From NCBI RefSeq assembly GCF_001194135.2, contig NC_068982.1:165606664-165670663 (forward strand): DNA of 64,000 nt, read 5' to 3'. Source of the DNA: Octopus bimaculoides. Lineage: Eukaryota. Under the pieces are notes generated by a model. It saw only the letters and a program-made list of their open reading frames with translations, did no database searches and was not told where the DNA came from. How positions within the stretch are numbered: position 1 is the stretch's first letter; each line of letters begins with the position of its first letter. Positions 51,881 through 64,000 of this stretch are shown piece after piece. The position numbers were made by a program, and so were the translations under genes.

Positions 51881-52307
51881 CGTCTCTGCCACTTATCTAT
51901 TTTGCAAAAGATCGGCAGTATAAGTACCACATTTAAAAAATGTGGCAAAGTTTATTCGACTAAACTATTCAAGTTAGTGCTCCAAGTTAGATTCAGTCTA
52001 ATGACTGCAACAAGCAAAAATATCTATATGTTGACATAAAGACACACATAAATTTATATGAGTCAACACAAAGGAAAAATCAAAGGAAATGTACATTTGT
52101 ATAGTGTTAGACAGATACACCGACAGGCAGGTTGACAAAGACTGACATACAGACAGACAAACAGATACATTTCTTTTATTAGCCACACAGGGCTCAACGA
52201 AGATGGGACAAATACAATGTAGAGCTTTTCTTTTTGGGAGGGGGAAGGAGAAACAAAAAAATAATAATAATAAAAAAAATTTTTAATAAATTTTTTTTTT
52301 TTAAAGA

Positions 52308-52325
52308 CAGATAGATAGATAGATG

Positions 52326-52403
<78 letters not shown>

Positions 52404-52404
52404 C

Positions 52405-52468
<64 letters not shown>
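52308..52468. repeat. (GATA)n microsatellite
   Basis: Directly visible. Confidence 0.97.
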
Positions 52469-52469
<1 letters not shown>

Positions 52470-53267
52470 CCCAAACCTTCCCGAGCATTTTACATTTTTT
52501 TGTTTTTCAGAAAGCGTTCATTTTAGTCTCAATAGTGATCGCTCACTCGCTCCCTAAGCAGAGATATAATATTAGATTACAGCAGTTTCTAGTATATAAC
52601 CTAACTGAACCAAATTTTCCTAATTTGCTTTGATGGTTAAAATTTTCCCTAAGGGTGTTAACTTCTAGCTGCACTAGAGTAATTACAGAATAATTAGAAA
52701 TGTAGTGAAAACTTAGAAATGCAACTTCTTAGTAGACAAATATTTTTTTCTTCACTGTGAAAAATACTGTGGATAAAGATAATTTGTTATGCTTATAGAG
52801 TCACAGAGTTTCTTATCAACTCATTGAAGATCAGTTTCTGAGAATAGTACCATATTGGAATTGACGGCATACGAAAACTACCAGAGCTAAATTTGTAGGT
52901 CGAATTTTTTTTTAGTGCAGCAAGGTTTGTGTATGAATTTATATATAAAACAAATTTTGCGTAAATCGAACAAATGTTTGTGGAGATATTAGGGATTTTC
53001 AGGATATAAATTCCCCAAAACGGTGCATAACGGGAAAATTCTCCGAAAATAATTTCACCCTGAAAGGGAAGACACTCTTACCTTTCCGTTAGACCACGAA
53101 AACATACGGTTTGTGTTATAAACAAATGTTTCTATTCTAGCTTTTGTTAAACACAATATTTTAATCATTTAAAAGTATTTTTAAATAAATGTGATTTCAA
53201 AAATGTAAGTCGTTTGTTCAGTAAGTATTTATATTTTAGCTTTATTTAAACAGACAATTTATATGTG

Positions 53268-53298
<31 letters not shown>

Positions 53299-53350
53299 AT
53301 GTGTGTGTGTGTATGTTCGCGTGTGCGTGTGTGTGTGTGTGTGTCCTGTA

Positions 53351-53663
53351 CAGTAATCCCTCGAATGTCGCGGGTGTTATGTTTCAAAATCCCCCGCGAT
53401 AGATGAAAATCCGCGAAGTAGAAACAGTACTGTACAGTATATTTGTATTATTTCTATAATTTGTATATGTTTTATTATAAATGCAAAACAACATCACTGA
53501 AGAATTGACGTAAGCTTACATAATAAACCGCGATAGGTTAACCGCGATAGGTAAATCGCGATAGGTAAACCGCGATAGGTAAACCGCGATAGGTAAACCG
53601 CGATAGGTAAACCGCGATAGGTGAACTGCAGTAGGTGAGCCGCGTTAGGGCGAGGGATTACTA
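53351..53663. mobile_element. Tigger/pogo-type MITE with internal 14-bp tandem array
   Basis: TA|CAGTAATCCCTCG ... CGAGGGATTACTA|TA; nine units related to AAACCGCGATAGGT at 53525-53650. Confidence 0.9.
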
Positions 53664-53792
53664 TATGTAAAATTAATAATGTAAGAAATTGGAGAGTTAA
53701 AGATGTACAAATTAATTTATTTGCATCATAGTTTGTATCTAAAATATAAATACAATTATATTTTTAGAGTTTCTATCATGTATGTATGTATG

Positions 53793-53821
<29 letters not shown>

Positions 53822-53823
<2 letters not shown>

Positions 53824-54235
53824 CAGATTCAATCATGGCTTTGATTCTGTCATCATCAACTTCAGTAGATCGACCAGAACGTTGGTCAACTTTGAACGAA
53901 AAATCTCCAGAACGGAATTTTAAAAACCATTTCTGATATGTGCGCTTTGTTAGCAATCAACACCATAAATTTCCCATATCTCTTTGTGAGCCTCGGCAGC
54001 TTTCTTGGCTTTACGAAAATAAGAAAGCAAAATATGGCTAAAATGTTCGTTTTTGCAGTCCATGGGAAAATTGAAACTGAACTAACAGTTGTAAAGAAAA
54101 CAACACGCAATTTGCTTCTAAAGTAAGCTAAAAGTAACAAATATGAAAAGGAAAAATCATAACATTGACAAAAGTCATTAAAAAAATCGTAACTCTATTT
54201 GCGAAAAAACGAATTACTTTCCCTCCAACCTAATA
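53822..54235 (-). mobile_element. Mariner (Hsmar1-like) 5' fragment
   Basis: TIR TATTAGGTTGGAGGGAAAGTAATT; MDCKNEHFSHILLSYFRKAKKAAEAHKEIWEIYG/RTYQKWFLKFRSGDFSFKVDQRSGRSTEVDDDRIKAMIESD (HTH region). Confidence 0.9.
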
Positions 54236-57200
54236 TATGCCTATATACAAATATACACACGTGTGTGTGTGGGGGATTCCATGCACGCATATGTGGTGTG
54301 TAATTTTATTATTCGTTATTCAATGTATCACCAATCAAAAAAATTAAAATATTGTTTATACTGATTAGCTACTAAGAATTAGAGCATTTTTAGCTACGGT
54401 TAATTCCATTCATGGGGTTTGAGTGAACCTCTTTATACATATTTATTCGCATGGAGAAAAATATTATTGAAGTGAGTGTGTATTGCCTAGCATTTCTACA
54501 ATAGTTACTCATCTCTAATCTTGGTCAATATAAACTTGACCCAACTGCCTCTTATAGAAACTGATTACCAATATATAAAATATATAACTAAGAATATGAA
54601 AGAGGTATTAATACTGCAGATAATTAAGCTGAAATATGAGCAGCATTAAAATACAGAATGACCTGTCTGCAATGTGCATAAAATCATGATCTCTTAGTTC
54701 GTAATCTGATATAGCGCAATTTTATAACACCTTTAAAAATTGTGCAACTGCAATCTAGCAGCTCCCAAAAGAAAAGTGTGCTATCACACATAGAAAGAAA
54801 TTATAATAATTACAAATTGCTGAACAGAAATTTTGCACATTCTGCGATCTTATATATGTAAGAAAGCTTTTCACTTACCAACTGATGGAAATTTCCTGTT
54901 CACAGAAAGAAAAGTTACGATGTGTTAAATACAGGAAATGTTTCAGCGTTTCAGCTACGTAGTATACCAACTCAGGTTACACATTAACACGCAAAATACG
55001 CAAGCTAATATATAGAACTGTCAGCAGTTAAACCTTCTGTTTATTGCAACAGAATTTCGGTTAATGTTTGATTTCTTCTGAGGTTACGCCAGAATAATAC
55101 CGGCAAAGTCTTTAAATATATTGATGTTAGAATTGCCAAAAGTGGCAGCTATTTTCAGCTTGATGTCGAATCATCTAAATTCTCTGAATTATTCTAGAGC
55201 TATGTTTTTCTACATCCCTTGCTCAGAGCGGATCTCCGGTTTGAGAATGAGCGCTTGCATATAGCATAAATATTTGACAGTATACTTTCAATCAGCTAAT
55301 CATCATGCGTCTACACTGAGTAATAAAGATATCTAGAAATCATGCAGCTAAAGACGTTGATGTCCACGTGCGAGTCAGGATTATAATTTGATATCAGTAA
55401 AATGTTAACATGTTACTTCATTGTTACAAAGAGAGTCGGGGGAAAACTTTCAAGTTGATTGACCCAACAAATATATTTACATGTAGTCACTTATTCTACA
55501 AGAAATAACAAGCAAATTTGTCAGACAGACGACGAACTAAACAATTAAAACTTTCATCTTAGAGACAATATATTTTAGCATGCATCATAGTAATCAATTT
55601 CATTTTATAATATTGGTATCACATTGTCGACTGTTATCATTTAGATAATCTACTTTCGTCAAAACATAACCTTGAGATAGAACCTGTTAAAGGCAATTGC
55701 AAAGAATCTGCCATTACTGTTCAATTTTTGCAGTTGGAATGACCACAAAATTTGGTGGAAGTTTTAATACAATGATAAGACAAATTCGCTAAAGGTGAGT
55801 TTGGAAGAAATTTATAAAATTAGAGGCAAAAGTGACACCAAATGCAGGCTGATGTCTACAGAACCACATGTTTCGTGGAATAAGGGTTTGAAATGTTCTA
55901 AAATGCTAGAAACCGCTTTATAAGCGAGTAGATTATCCAGATTCATTTTGAAAGGTAAGGAAACGAATATGCTGTGAGCTTCGAGTAGATATCCTTTACT
56001 TTCCTGATAGTCATCTTCTTGGACATTCTCTGTTGTGTAGTGATATATGAATGACATACTCAGGAAGAAACTAAGAAACTATCTGCATCCTCTTAGCAGT
56101 AACAAGTAGGTTAAAGTTAGTATGTCGATCGGATATAGAAAGCCTATTATATGAAATGGTTTAATATTTGGAATATAATTCGTTATACATTTATTATATC
56201 TATAAAGGATTAATATTGAATTGACTGAAGAATTATGTTTTGCTTTTTATTTGCTGTATTTCTTTTCATTTTACACTCATTTTAAGAGTTATTTTTCAAA
56301 TATTATGTTTCACGAGTAATTACGACTAATCAACTATTATAAACACAAGAAATTCTTGAGACAGTTTGGTTTATCACGGATAAAAAAGAAACACTTGTAT
56401 TGCGTAATATACACAAGCAATAGCTCTACCTATCAAATAAAATGTTTTTGATGTGCCTTAATATTTGATTAACAACATATACGCTTCTATATTATTTAAT
56501 CATTTTGTCCCATTCTACAATACTTTCATCTATGTTTAGAAGTTCTGAAGTTCTTGCCGAAATTCCCAAATATCTGTCGCCTAAACACTAGTAAACGCTG
56601 TAATTCAATATTGTCCATGATTTTCTTGATGTGAATCTAAACGAACTTTCACGTGAGTGCGATGTACTTTTACTAAATCTCATTTATTTGAAACTAAGCA
56701 AAAGTTTTATGAAAAACTTTGGTATTCTTTAGATGGTCTTCGTTTATAATAATGTTACTGTACTGTAATGAGTGAATTTTAGTTTATCTTTGATCTTAAA
56801 ACTGTTGTTAATTGCGTTATCTTCTAATGAGTATGCGTTTTAAGGAAACTTCATGATGTCAGACTAAGGTCATTAGAGTATTTTATGGCATAAATTTATG
56901 TTCACAGCTAAAGATCTACTGCTAGAAGCGTTATCTTGCAATGCTTTCTAGATCAATAAAATAATGCAATGCAGTACCGACGTTGATTCAATTGACTACA
57001 TACATTGCGGAGAAATGGAAAAACCACTCGAGTAAGTAGTCTATTCTACACCATGTTCGATCAGTTTCTTTTCATAAATTCATCCATTCACAACAATCTC
57101 TCTCATTTCTTTGTCAACATCATTTTTACTTCCATATTATGAGATCCAACTTTTCCTTTTGTTATACCACCGTATTTCTCTTGATAGTTGACAAAAAATT

Positions 57201-59959
57201 TGTTATCGTCTTAGATTAAACATACCTGAGGGACTGCACTCGATGCAAGCTTATTGTTTTGTTGTTGATATGTATTTTTCAGTTGAAAACAGGAACTTGT
57301 TGGAAAAGTAGTCATCGTCGAGAGAAACCTAACCAACCTTTGCAACCATTCAATAAACAAAGCTTCTATATAACATACGAATTTGCTTTTTCATCTGTTA
57401 CTACATCTTTAATATAGAAACTGGGAGGAAAAAGAAAACAGAGCTAAAGCAGCCTGGCAGCCAGTTGATATGAAAAGCCATCTGTACACTATATGAGAGG
57501 TTGTTTATGTGTATATAACGACATACATGTTCAAAATATATCCACACAAATATATTCCTCGCATTTCAAAATATTAACTACATCTAAATACTGGATATTC
57601 ATTCACTGAGGACCTCCCAGGAAAAAGCACAACCTAGACTCTAAAAAACTCAAATGAGGTCCACAATAAATCATTGCTTTCATGTACGTGAGACAGGCTA
57701 TTGTATCACGCACAGACATTCTGGAAAGCTTCCGGAAATGAACCACCCTTCTAATTAGCATAAAACGATTCACAGAGACGTTCGAGACTCTGGCCCATAG
57801 GCACACCACTTCATCTTTCTGTCTTCTCTACTACTTCTTTAATGATCTCCTACATAGGGCTTATTGAGTTCAGGCCAGCTTCATAGAGTCATTCAGGTCC
57901 ATTTAGCTTTTCTTCCTCTTGTTACCCTTGTTGTCGACAATCTCTGCACAAGTACTGCACTAACCACTCCTCCGAAACTTTCATTCTCAGAACAGAACAT
58001 CAGCATTTGAGAATTCTTTCTTCACTCATATCTTTCCTGTAGGTGTTGATTTACAAAAAGGTTGAAGTGGATAATTATTGCATCAATCTCATCGATCTAC
58101 GAGAGTCTACAAAGACAATAAGCACTGCTCATTCCTCGAGATTCTGCAACTAAAAGAAATGAATATCACAATTTTTTTCTTATAAAAGTTGTTTTAAATA
58201 TATGATATGGAAGAGCACCGGATTCAAGAATATGTTTTCTACATAGATTTATTACTACGGTGTCCCAGTTTAATTACAGGGAATTAGTCATGTTAACAGA
58301 TTTCATAAAAACCTGGATAATATCTTTATACACGTTGTACCTATACAAGTATATAATTGTGTTTCCACTTCCCTAAAATCGTTTCAGTATTTGGCTTGAA
58401 AAAGTTATGTTGTCTATTTCTATATGCATCGTAACATTATGCTTATAACTAATCAATGACATACGTTGCTTCCCACATTCAAATTGGCGCTGTTCGAAAG
58501 GAGGAGAATAAACTGTTGGCAGCAAACGGTAATTAAATACTATTTAACTTCAAAAATAATAAATACAGTATAATTTCATTCCATCACCACGGGGAGGTTT
58601 TCTTCAAATGTAATTTTCTGTTCATAAATGTTCCTAAGACAATTATTCTCTAACTGAGAAAATGAGTCGCTCCATCAAAATAGGATGCTGTAAAATATTG
58701 GTATCGTGGCAATTAAAGAAATGTTTGAGCGTAATGAATGTTTCTATAAGTTGTATAGATTCCAATTTGGCAGCATCACAAAATACAGTGTATCGTTATT
58801 GTTAACTATTATCAATGTACCTTCTAGTTAGTGGTTTCTTGTAATTTTAACACTATTTCAACCATCGAGCTCATAGAAGTCGAGTTCACTTTAGAGTCTT
58901 TAAACGGGTTCGAAATTTTATAGTTTATATCATGATCAGTATGGAAGAAATACATGTGCTAAATGCAATTATGGTAGAGTATCAGATGTTTAATATAGTA
59001 TGTTGAAAAACTTCGATGTACAACAATTTGACAAAAGAATATTCCTCTAAAGATTTCTTAAATTTAAAACAGCCACGTTTGGAAAACACAAGGAACGGAG
59101 AGGAGATAGGTGTAGATGTAATAATAAATAGTGAAAAAAAGAGACATGTTTCGGTTTTAGTAGACCTCTTTAGTGAATCATATTATACTCAGTTCACAGG
59201 TTTAAGTGTCGTAAATATTATATATACAGAAACAGAAGCACTGATATTGATATTGAAGTAGTGATATGGCTGAGAGATATAGCCTTTGAGCTGTATTTTG
59301 CGTAGAAACTACAATTCACAGCATTACATATGTAATACTGTGAATTAACAAAATTTTTTAAAATGGCTCTCTGAGATAATCCATGAAAATAGTAGCTGAT
59401 GATTTTCTTTATGAATGAATAAGATTTAAAGGAGTATAAAAGTCAAGGGAAAGAGCGACAGTGCCGGTTCATAACAAAATTTGGACGCAAAATTCAAAAG
59501 TAACAAAACACGTTTACATTGTAAAATATAAAATGTGTAGTTGGTAGTTTCTTGTAGTTTGAACATTATTACTGCCATTCGTATCGCACTCGATATGAAT
59601 GAACTGAGTCCATGTTCTATATATTTAAAACCATTTGGGAGACTTAAAATAATTTTCCACAAACGACAATGCAGTACTAGAAATATTACAAAACATTAAC
59701 CAGTCAGCAATTTTAAATCCTGTTGCATATGTTTTAAAATCTCCTCTACTTTTATTACGATATATTTTGGAAGAAATTGAGATCAATCATGACTAACTAT
59801 TTGATTAAAGACTATGAGCGAATGAAAAATAAATACTAGCCTGTTGAGATTAAACTCAATATGTTAATACAGCAATAAAATAATACTGCACTGTATTTTC
59901 GACTGTTCCTTCTATAGATATTTTAATAGATGATATTAATGGTCTCTCTCTTCCCCTTT

Positions 59960-59971
59960 CTCGCTCTATCA

Positions 59972-60050
<79 letters not shown>
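59960..60050. repeat. (CT)n microsatellite
   Basis: Directly visible. Confidence 0.97.
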
Positions 60051-60052
<2 letters not shown>

Positions 60053-60485
60053 TACACACACACACAGGTGCTTGTGACTTTACGTGTGTGTTTACAAATT
60101 ATATATGCAAATGGACTACAAATTTACATTCTGTTTGCTTTTTGTTGTACCCGTTGTCTCACTCCGAGATTGTATTTAATTTACTCTTCAGTGTTTCATT
60201 TTCCACACTGTATGCGTCATATAGCTTACTTTCTGTTTGATTAATTATTTCAAAATCCAAACGACGAATCGACTGTACAAATTTTTCGTTTAACTTTATT
60301 GTAGTTGCACGTATTAGAAACATACCAAATCATGAAATGAAAAAATTACTCGTCAGCTTTGCAAAATGACATGCTACTCAATTACAGTTATCTAAAGTAC
60401 TTCCTACTTTTATTCTTTATGAGACACCTACCAAGTTACGCAGACGTTTATAACGACATGTTTTGTAAAGATGGAATAAACTGTA

Positions 60486-60542
60486 CCCATGACTCTATTA
60501 AATATTAGATAATTATTTTGTAATATTTAATAGTATCATGGG
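60486..60542. ncRNA. Pre-miRNA-sized hairpin (candidate only)
   Basis: 22-nt arms CCCATGACTCTATTAAATATTA / TAATATTTAATAGTATCATGGG, 20/22 paired, 13-nt loop. Confidence 0.25.
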
Positions 60543-60747
60543 CAAAGATAATGTTTGTATGGCTAAGGGGATCTCCCTAGATATACCTAATTCTAGAACA
60601 GGATTTCACAGCTTAGCCGGTTGCTCAAGTGTAAGTTCAGTGTAACCTCAGATGATGATTGCCCTTTGAATGAGGTATGGTAGGCGGAAAAAGAGCTAAA
60701 TATTATCGTGTGTGCATTTGTGTGTGTGTATGTGTGTGCGTGTGTGT

Positions 60748-60794
<47 letters not shown>

Positions 60795-61680
60795 CGTGTG
60801 TCTGTGTCTGTGTATTGGTCTAAAATTAGTTGCTCAAAAACTTGCCATACTTAGTGTTTTGCGTTATGGTAAGAGCTTTTACGCCTTGACATAAAACAAT
60901 TACCAAAGTATTGGAATCTATACATTTAACTAAAAGAAGCTGAAGACGGTGACAAGGCAGGGCCAATGTCCTATAGAACAGAAACTAACAAAAAAAATCA
61001 AAGAATATTATAAAGCTTGTAATAAATGAATCACGCTTTGTATAAGCTGCGATCGGTATCCATCCTTAACAAAAAGTCAGATAGTATTTTCATAACATCA
61101 AACCATATTTAGATAATAAATGTCATACTTTAATAGAAACAACTCCATCATACTATTTATGTAGTTAATAATTCGTTCGTATCAAACATTCCATTCTTCA
61201 CAAGATAAATATTATATATTTTTAATCATTTTTGTATATTTCTTTTCACAATATAAACGTTCTAGAAACGAACTTAACGAACATTGGCTTTTTGATTCCG
61301 AGCGAAATAATTACTTCGATATTTCTCTACAGCACATTTATCCAGTATTTGCTTTTAAGCTGTTTGACTTGCTCCTCAAAAACTCACACAAACAAATTTT
61401 ATGTATTTCGTATGGTGACACTTTGACAACTTTGAAAAAGCAATTCAGATATCAATCTACATCGGATAGAGTGCGCCACCTTTATTTGCAAGATTAAATA
61501 TCTTATCATTATTAGTCATCGTAGATAACAAACTGTGCTGTACACAACAATATTGTTTCTCAGAATCTACATTCAGCTTTAATATACTTTGATATAAAAC
61601 ACGCATAATGTTCCTGATACAAAGAAGTCATTTAAGTGACTATGTGCATCCATATATCTATCCATCCATCCATCCACATA

Positions 61681-61878
61681 NNNNNNNNNNNNNNNNNNNN
61701 NNNNNNNNNNNNNNNNNNNNNNNNNNNNNNNNNNNNNNNNNNNNNNNNNNNNNNNNNNNNNNNNNNNNNNNNNNNNNNNNNNNNNNNNNNNNNNNNNNNN
61801 NNNNNNNNNNNNNNNNNNNNNNNNNNNNNNNNNNNNNNNNNNNNNNNNNNNNNNNNNNNNNNNNNNNNNNNNNNNNNN
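61681..61878. other. Assembly gap (N)
   Basis: N run. Confidence 1.
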
Positions 61879-62166
61879 TTCAAAAGAAAAGAATAACAGA
61901 AAATACACAGAGAGAGAATGAAAAAAAACTTGCAGATTTCAGGGTTTCAGCATGGCGAATGGGAAAGAACAAGTGTGGTCAAACGAAGAAGTGTGGGGGC
62001 GTCAGGTTGCGGGGTGGGCAGGTTGAAGCTCCAGAAAGTGGTTCAGCGCAAGAAGCCCTTCGTTGTGTAGGATCACCGTATATAAACTCTTGATGTCAAG
62101 AGTGAAGAGAAATTTAGAGGGGCCAGAAGGGAAGGAGAAAGAAACAGATAGCATGGTTCTATTTAT

Positions 62167-62211
<45 letters not shown>

Positions 62212-62279
62212 TGCATGGAGAGAGAGAGGGGAATAGAAAGAGAGAGAGAAAGGGAGAGAGAGAGAACGTAAGTAGCGTA

Positions 62280-62430
62280 GGTAGCGAATTGACAGTGTTG
62301 GATAGAATGTTTCACAGTATTTTTTCCGTTTCTCCGCGCAGAGTTCAAATCCTGCTGGCGTCAACTCAACTTTTCGTACTGTCTCAATCGATATAAGAAA
62401 AATATCAGTCCCTTGTACTAGATTGGCGAA
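62280..62430 (+). mobile_element. Highly diverged SINE family A copy
   Basis: CAGTATTTTTTCCG...GAGTTCAAATCCTGCTGGCGTCAACTCAAC. Confidence 0.45.
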
Positions 62431-63487
62431 ATTTCTTCTACACTGCACGGAATTAGTTACTGCATCTGCTCTGGATCTATGCAATCAGAGTTCAAATAAT
62501 ACTCCGTCACTGCAAAACAATGGCACTTTGTTGGTTCTCAGGAACCACATCCAGCTTTAATACTATTTGATATGCGGCACGCGTAATGTTCCTAATGCAG
62601 AGAAGTCACTTCAGTGCTCATATGTATACATAGATTTATACAGAGGATGATTGAGAGATAGAGTGCGAGAAAGAGAGATAAGCATATATATATATATATA
62701 TATCTTAAATGAAATGTACAGTATAAATTATATATCCATTACGGCAGATCTTACCAATCGATTTCGCACTAGGGGTTCAACGAAGTGTAAGGTAACAGTC
62801 CGATTACGTAGCCCTGCACTCATATGAGATAGCTGTTATGGAATGAAATATGACGACTGCTCTCTACTGTTGGAGCTGTATGGACAACAGTTGGTGTTGT
62901 GAAAATTGAATGTGTGGGGGGTTATTATATGTATAGCCTTTGCGATGGTGGGGGGGGGGCATGCACTTCTGAGTTCGTTAATGTGTTTCCTTTCTTTTAT
63001 GTCTGTAAAAGAAAGAAACACACACACACACATATGTATACATAAGATTAGAGAGAGAAAGAAACCGAGATTGCTAAAATCGTCTACTTAGCGAAACATT
63101 AGCAGGGGCAGCAAAAAATACGCATACATTTAGATATAACCCCACATTTGTAAGCACTCTTACACTCAACACTATAAATATTGATCATATATTTTACATG
63201 AAAGTGAATAATTCGAGCTGATTTGATTATTTTTTTTATTGAAATGAATGATATCAATTCCTTTGTAAAAAAGTGAAAAAGCATCGATTAAACATTTGAA
63301 CTTTATCAGCTAAAGTGCAGTTTGAAGGACCACTATGAAATACATGCTCTATGAAAGTGAAGATTGAGGTTATCACTCAGGATTTCGGGAATTGACTTGT
63401 TTCAGTCATTTAAAGTTCTCGGATCTGGCTTCTAAAGGTCTTGCATCTGGCTGAAGTTTGGTAGGTCTGTTACATATTTTATCAGTT

Positions 63488-63890
63488 TATCTTCTTGTCA
63501 AAAACTGTATTACTTGATCGCGATATATTCAAGTAAACTAATCTTCATCTTCTTATCATTATAAAAATAATTTATTATCTGAGCTGAATATTTTTATGTA
63601 AACTATTTCTTGACTCATCACAAAGGATACACATATTCTATCTTCTTGCTAAAGACTATATTACTTGATCGAGATATATTCATATAAACTAATTTGTTTT
63701 CTTCTTACCATTATAAAAAACTTTTATTACCTGATGTGAATATTTTTTATGTAAACTACTCTTTAACTCAACACAGAGGATACACAAAACCTCAAACCTT
63801 TTCTTATCATTGTCAAGACTCTATCATTTGAGTTGAATACATTTTTGTAAGCTAATTTTTGACACCACAGAGGATACATAAAAACTCACA
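63488..63890 (+). repeat. ~151-bp tandem duplication (2 copies plus partial)
   Basis: TATCTTCTTG...TTACTTGATCG.GATATATTC...GTAAACTA...AGGATACAC repeats at 63488 and 63639. Confidence 0.88.
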
Positions 63891-64000
63891 TTTTACTTTT
63901 GAAAATTGTTTTAAATAAGTGAAACCGGTTAAGTTAATTGATACTTTAAAAAGTTTCCAGCATTTTCAAATTCTTTTTCTTTCATATATATATGACGGAC

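Noticed and set aside
53525-53650. CRISPR-like array
   Set aside because: Contiguous tandem units with no spacers, inside a MITE in eukaryotic DNA; the same applies to 22167-22230
57606-57630. CTGAGGA...GAAA hammerhead-like motif
   Set aside because: Stem II has only one pair and no stem I or III forms
57600-58155. GC-elevated segment and possible terminal exon at 58043
   Set aside because: Acceptor and 36 open codons, but no partner exon or homology; within chance expectation
58255-58500. Tc1-like transposon end
   Set aside because: Only one degraded TIR-like motif, no partner end

Overview
Eukaryotic, very AT-rich, microsatellite-dense genomic DNA with 11 N-gaps. Composition and SINE families suggest a coleoid cephalopod, most likely an Octopus draft scaffold (inference). 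I recognise no intact protein-coding gene; most ORF-track entries translate simple repeats or N-gaps. The recognisable content is mobile-element debris: at least four tRNA-derived SINE families (local labels A-D), R4/Dong-type RLE non-LTR retrotransposon fragments next to (TAA)n arrays, two decayed Penelope-like elements (PLEs), two mariner fragments, and hAT, Tigger and Tc1 MITEs. The most interesting locus is 21.95-22.85 kb. It holds an apparently intact type I hammerhead ribozyme inside a ~480-bp unit with a ~135-bp terminal direct repeat (retrozyme/solo-pLTR-like), directly downstream of a 170-bp spacer-less palindrome and a perfect 4x16-bp repeat. A larger PLE at 43.6-46.75 kb has an inverted terminal segment and a decayed hammerhead. 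Weaker candidates are a pre-miRNA-sized hairpin, a decayed LRR-protein pseudogene and a few possible exons.
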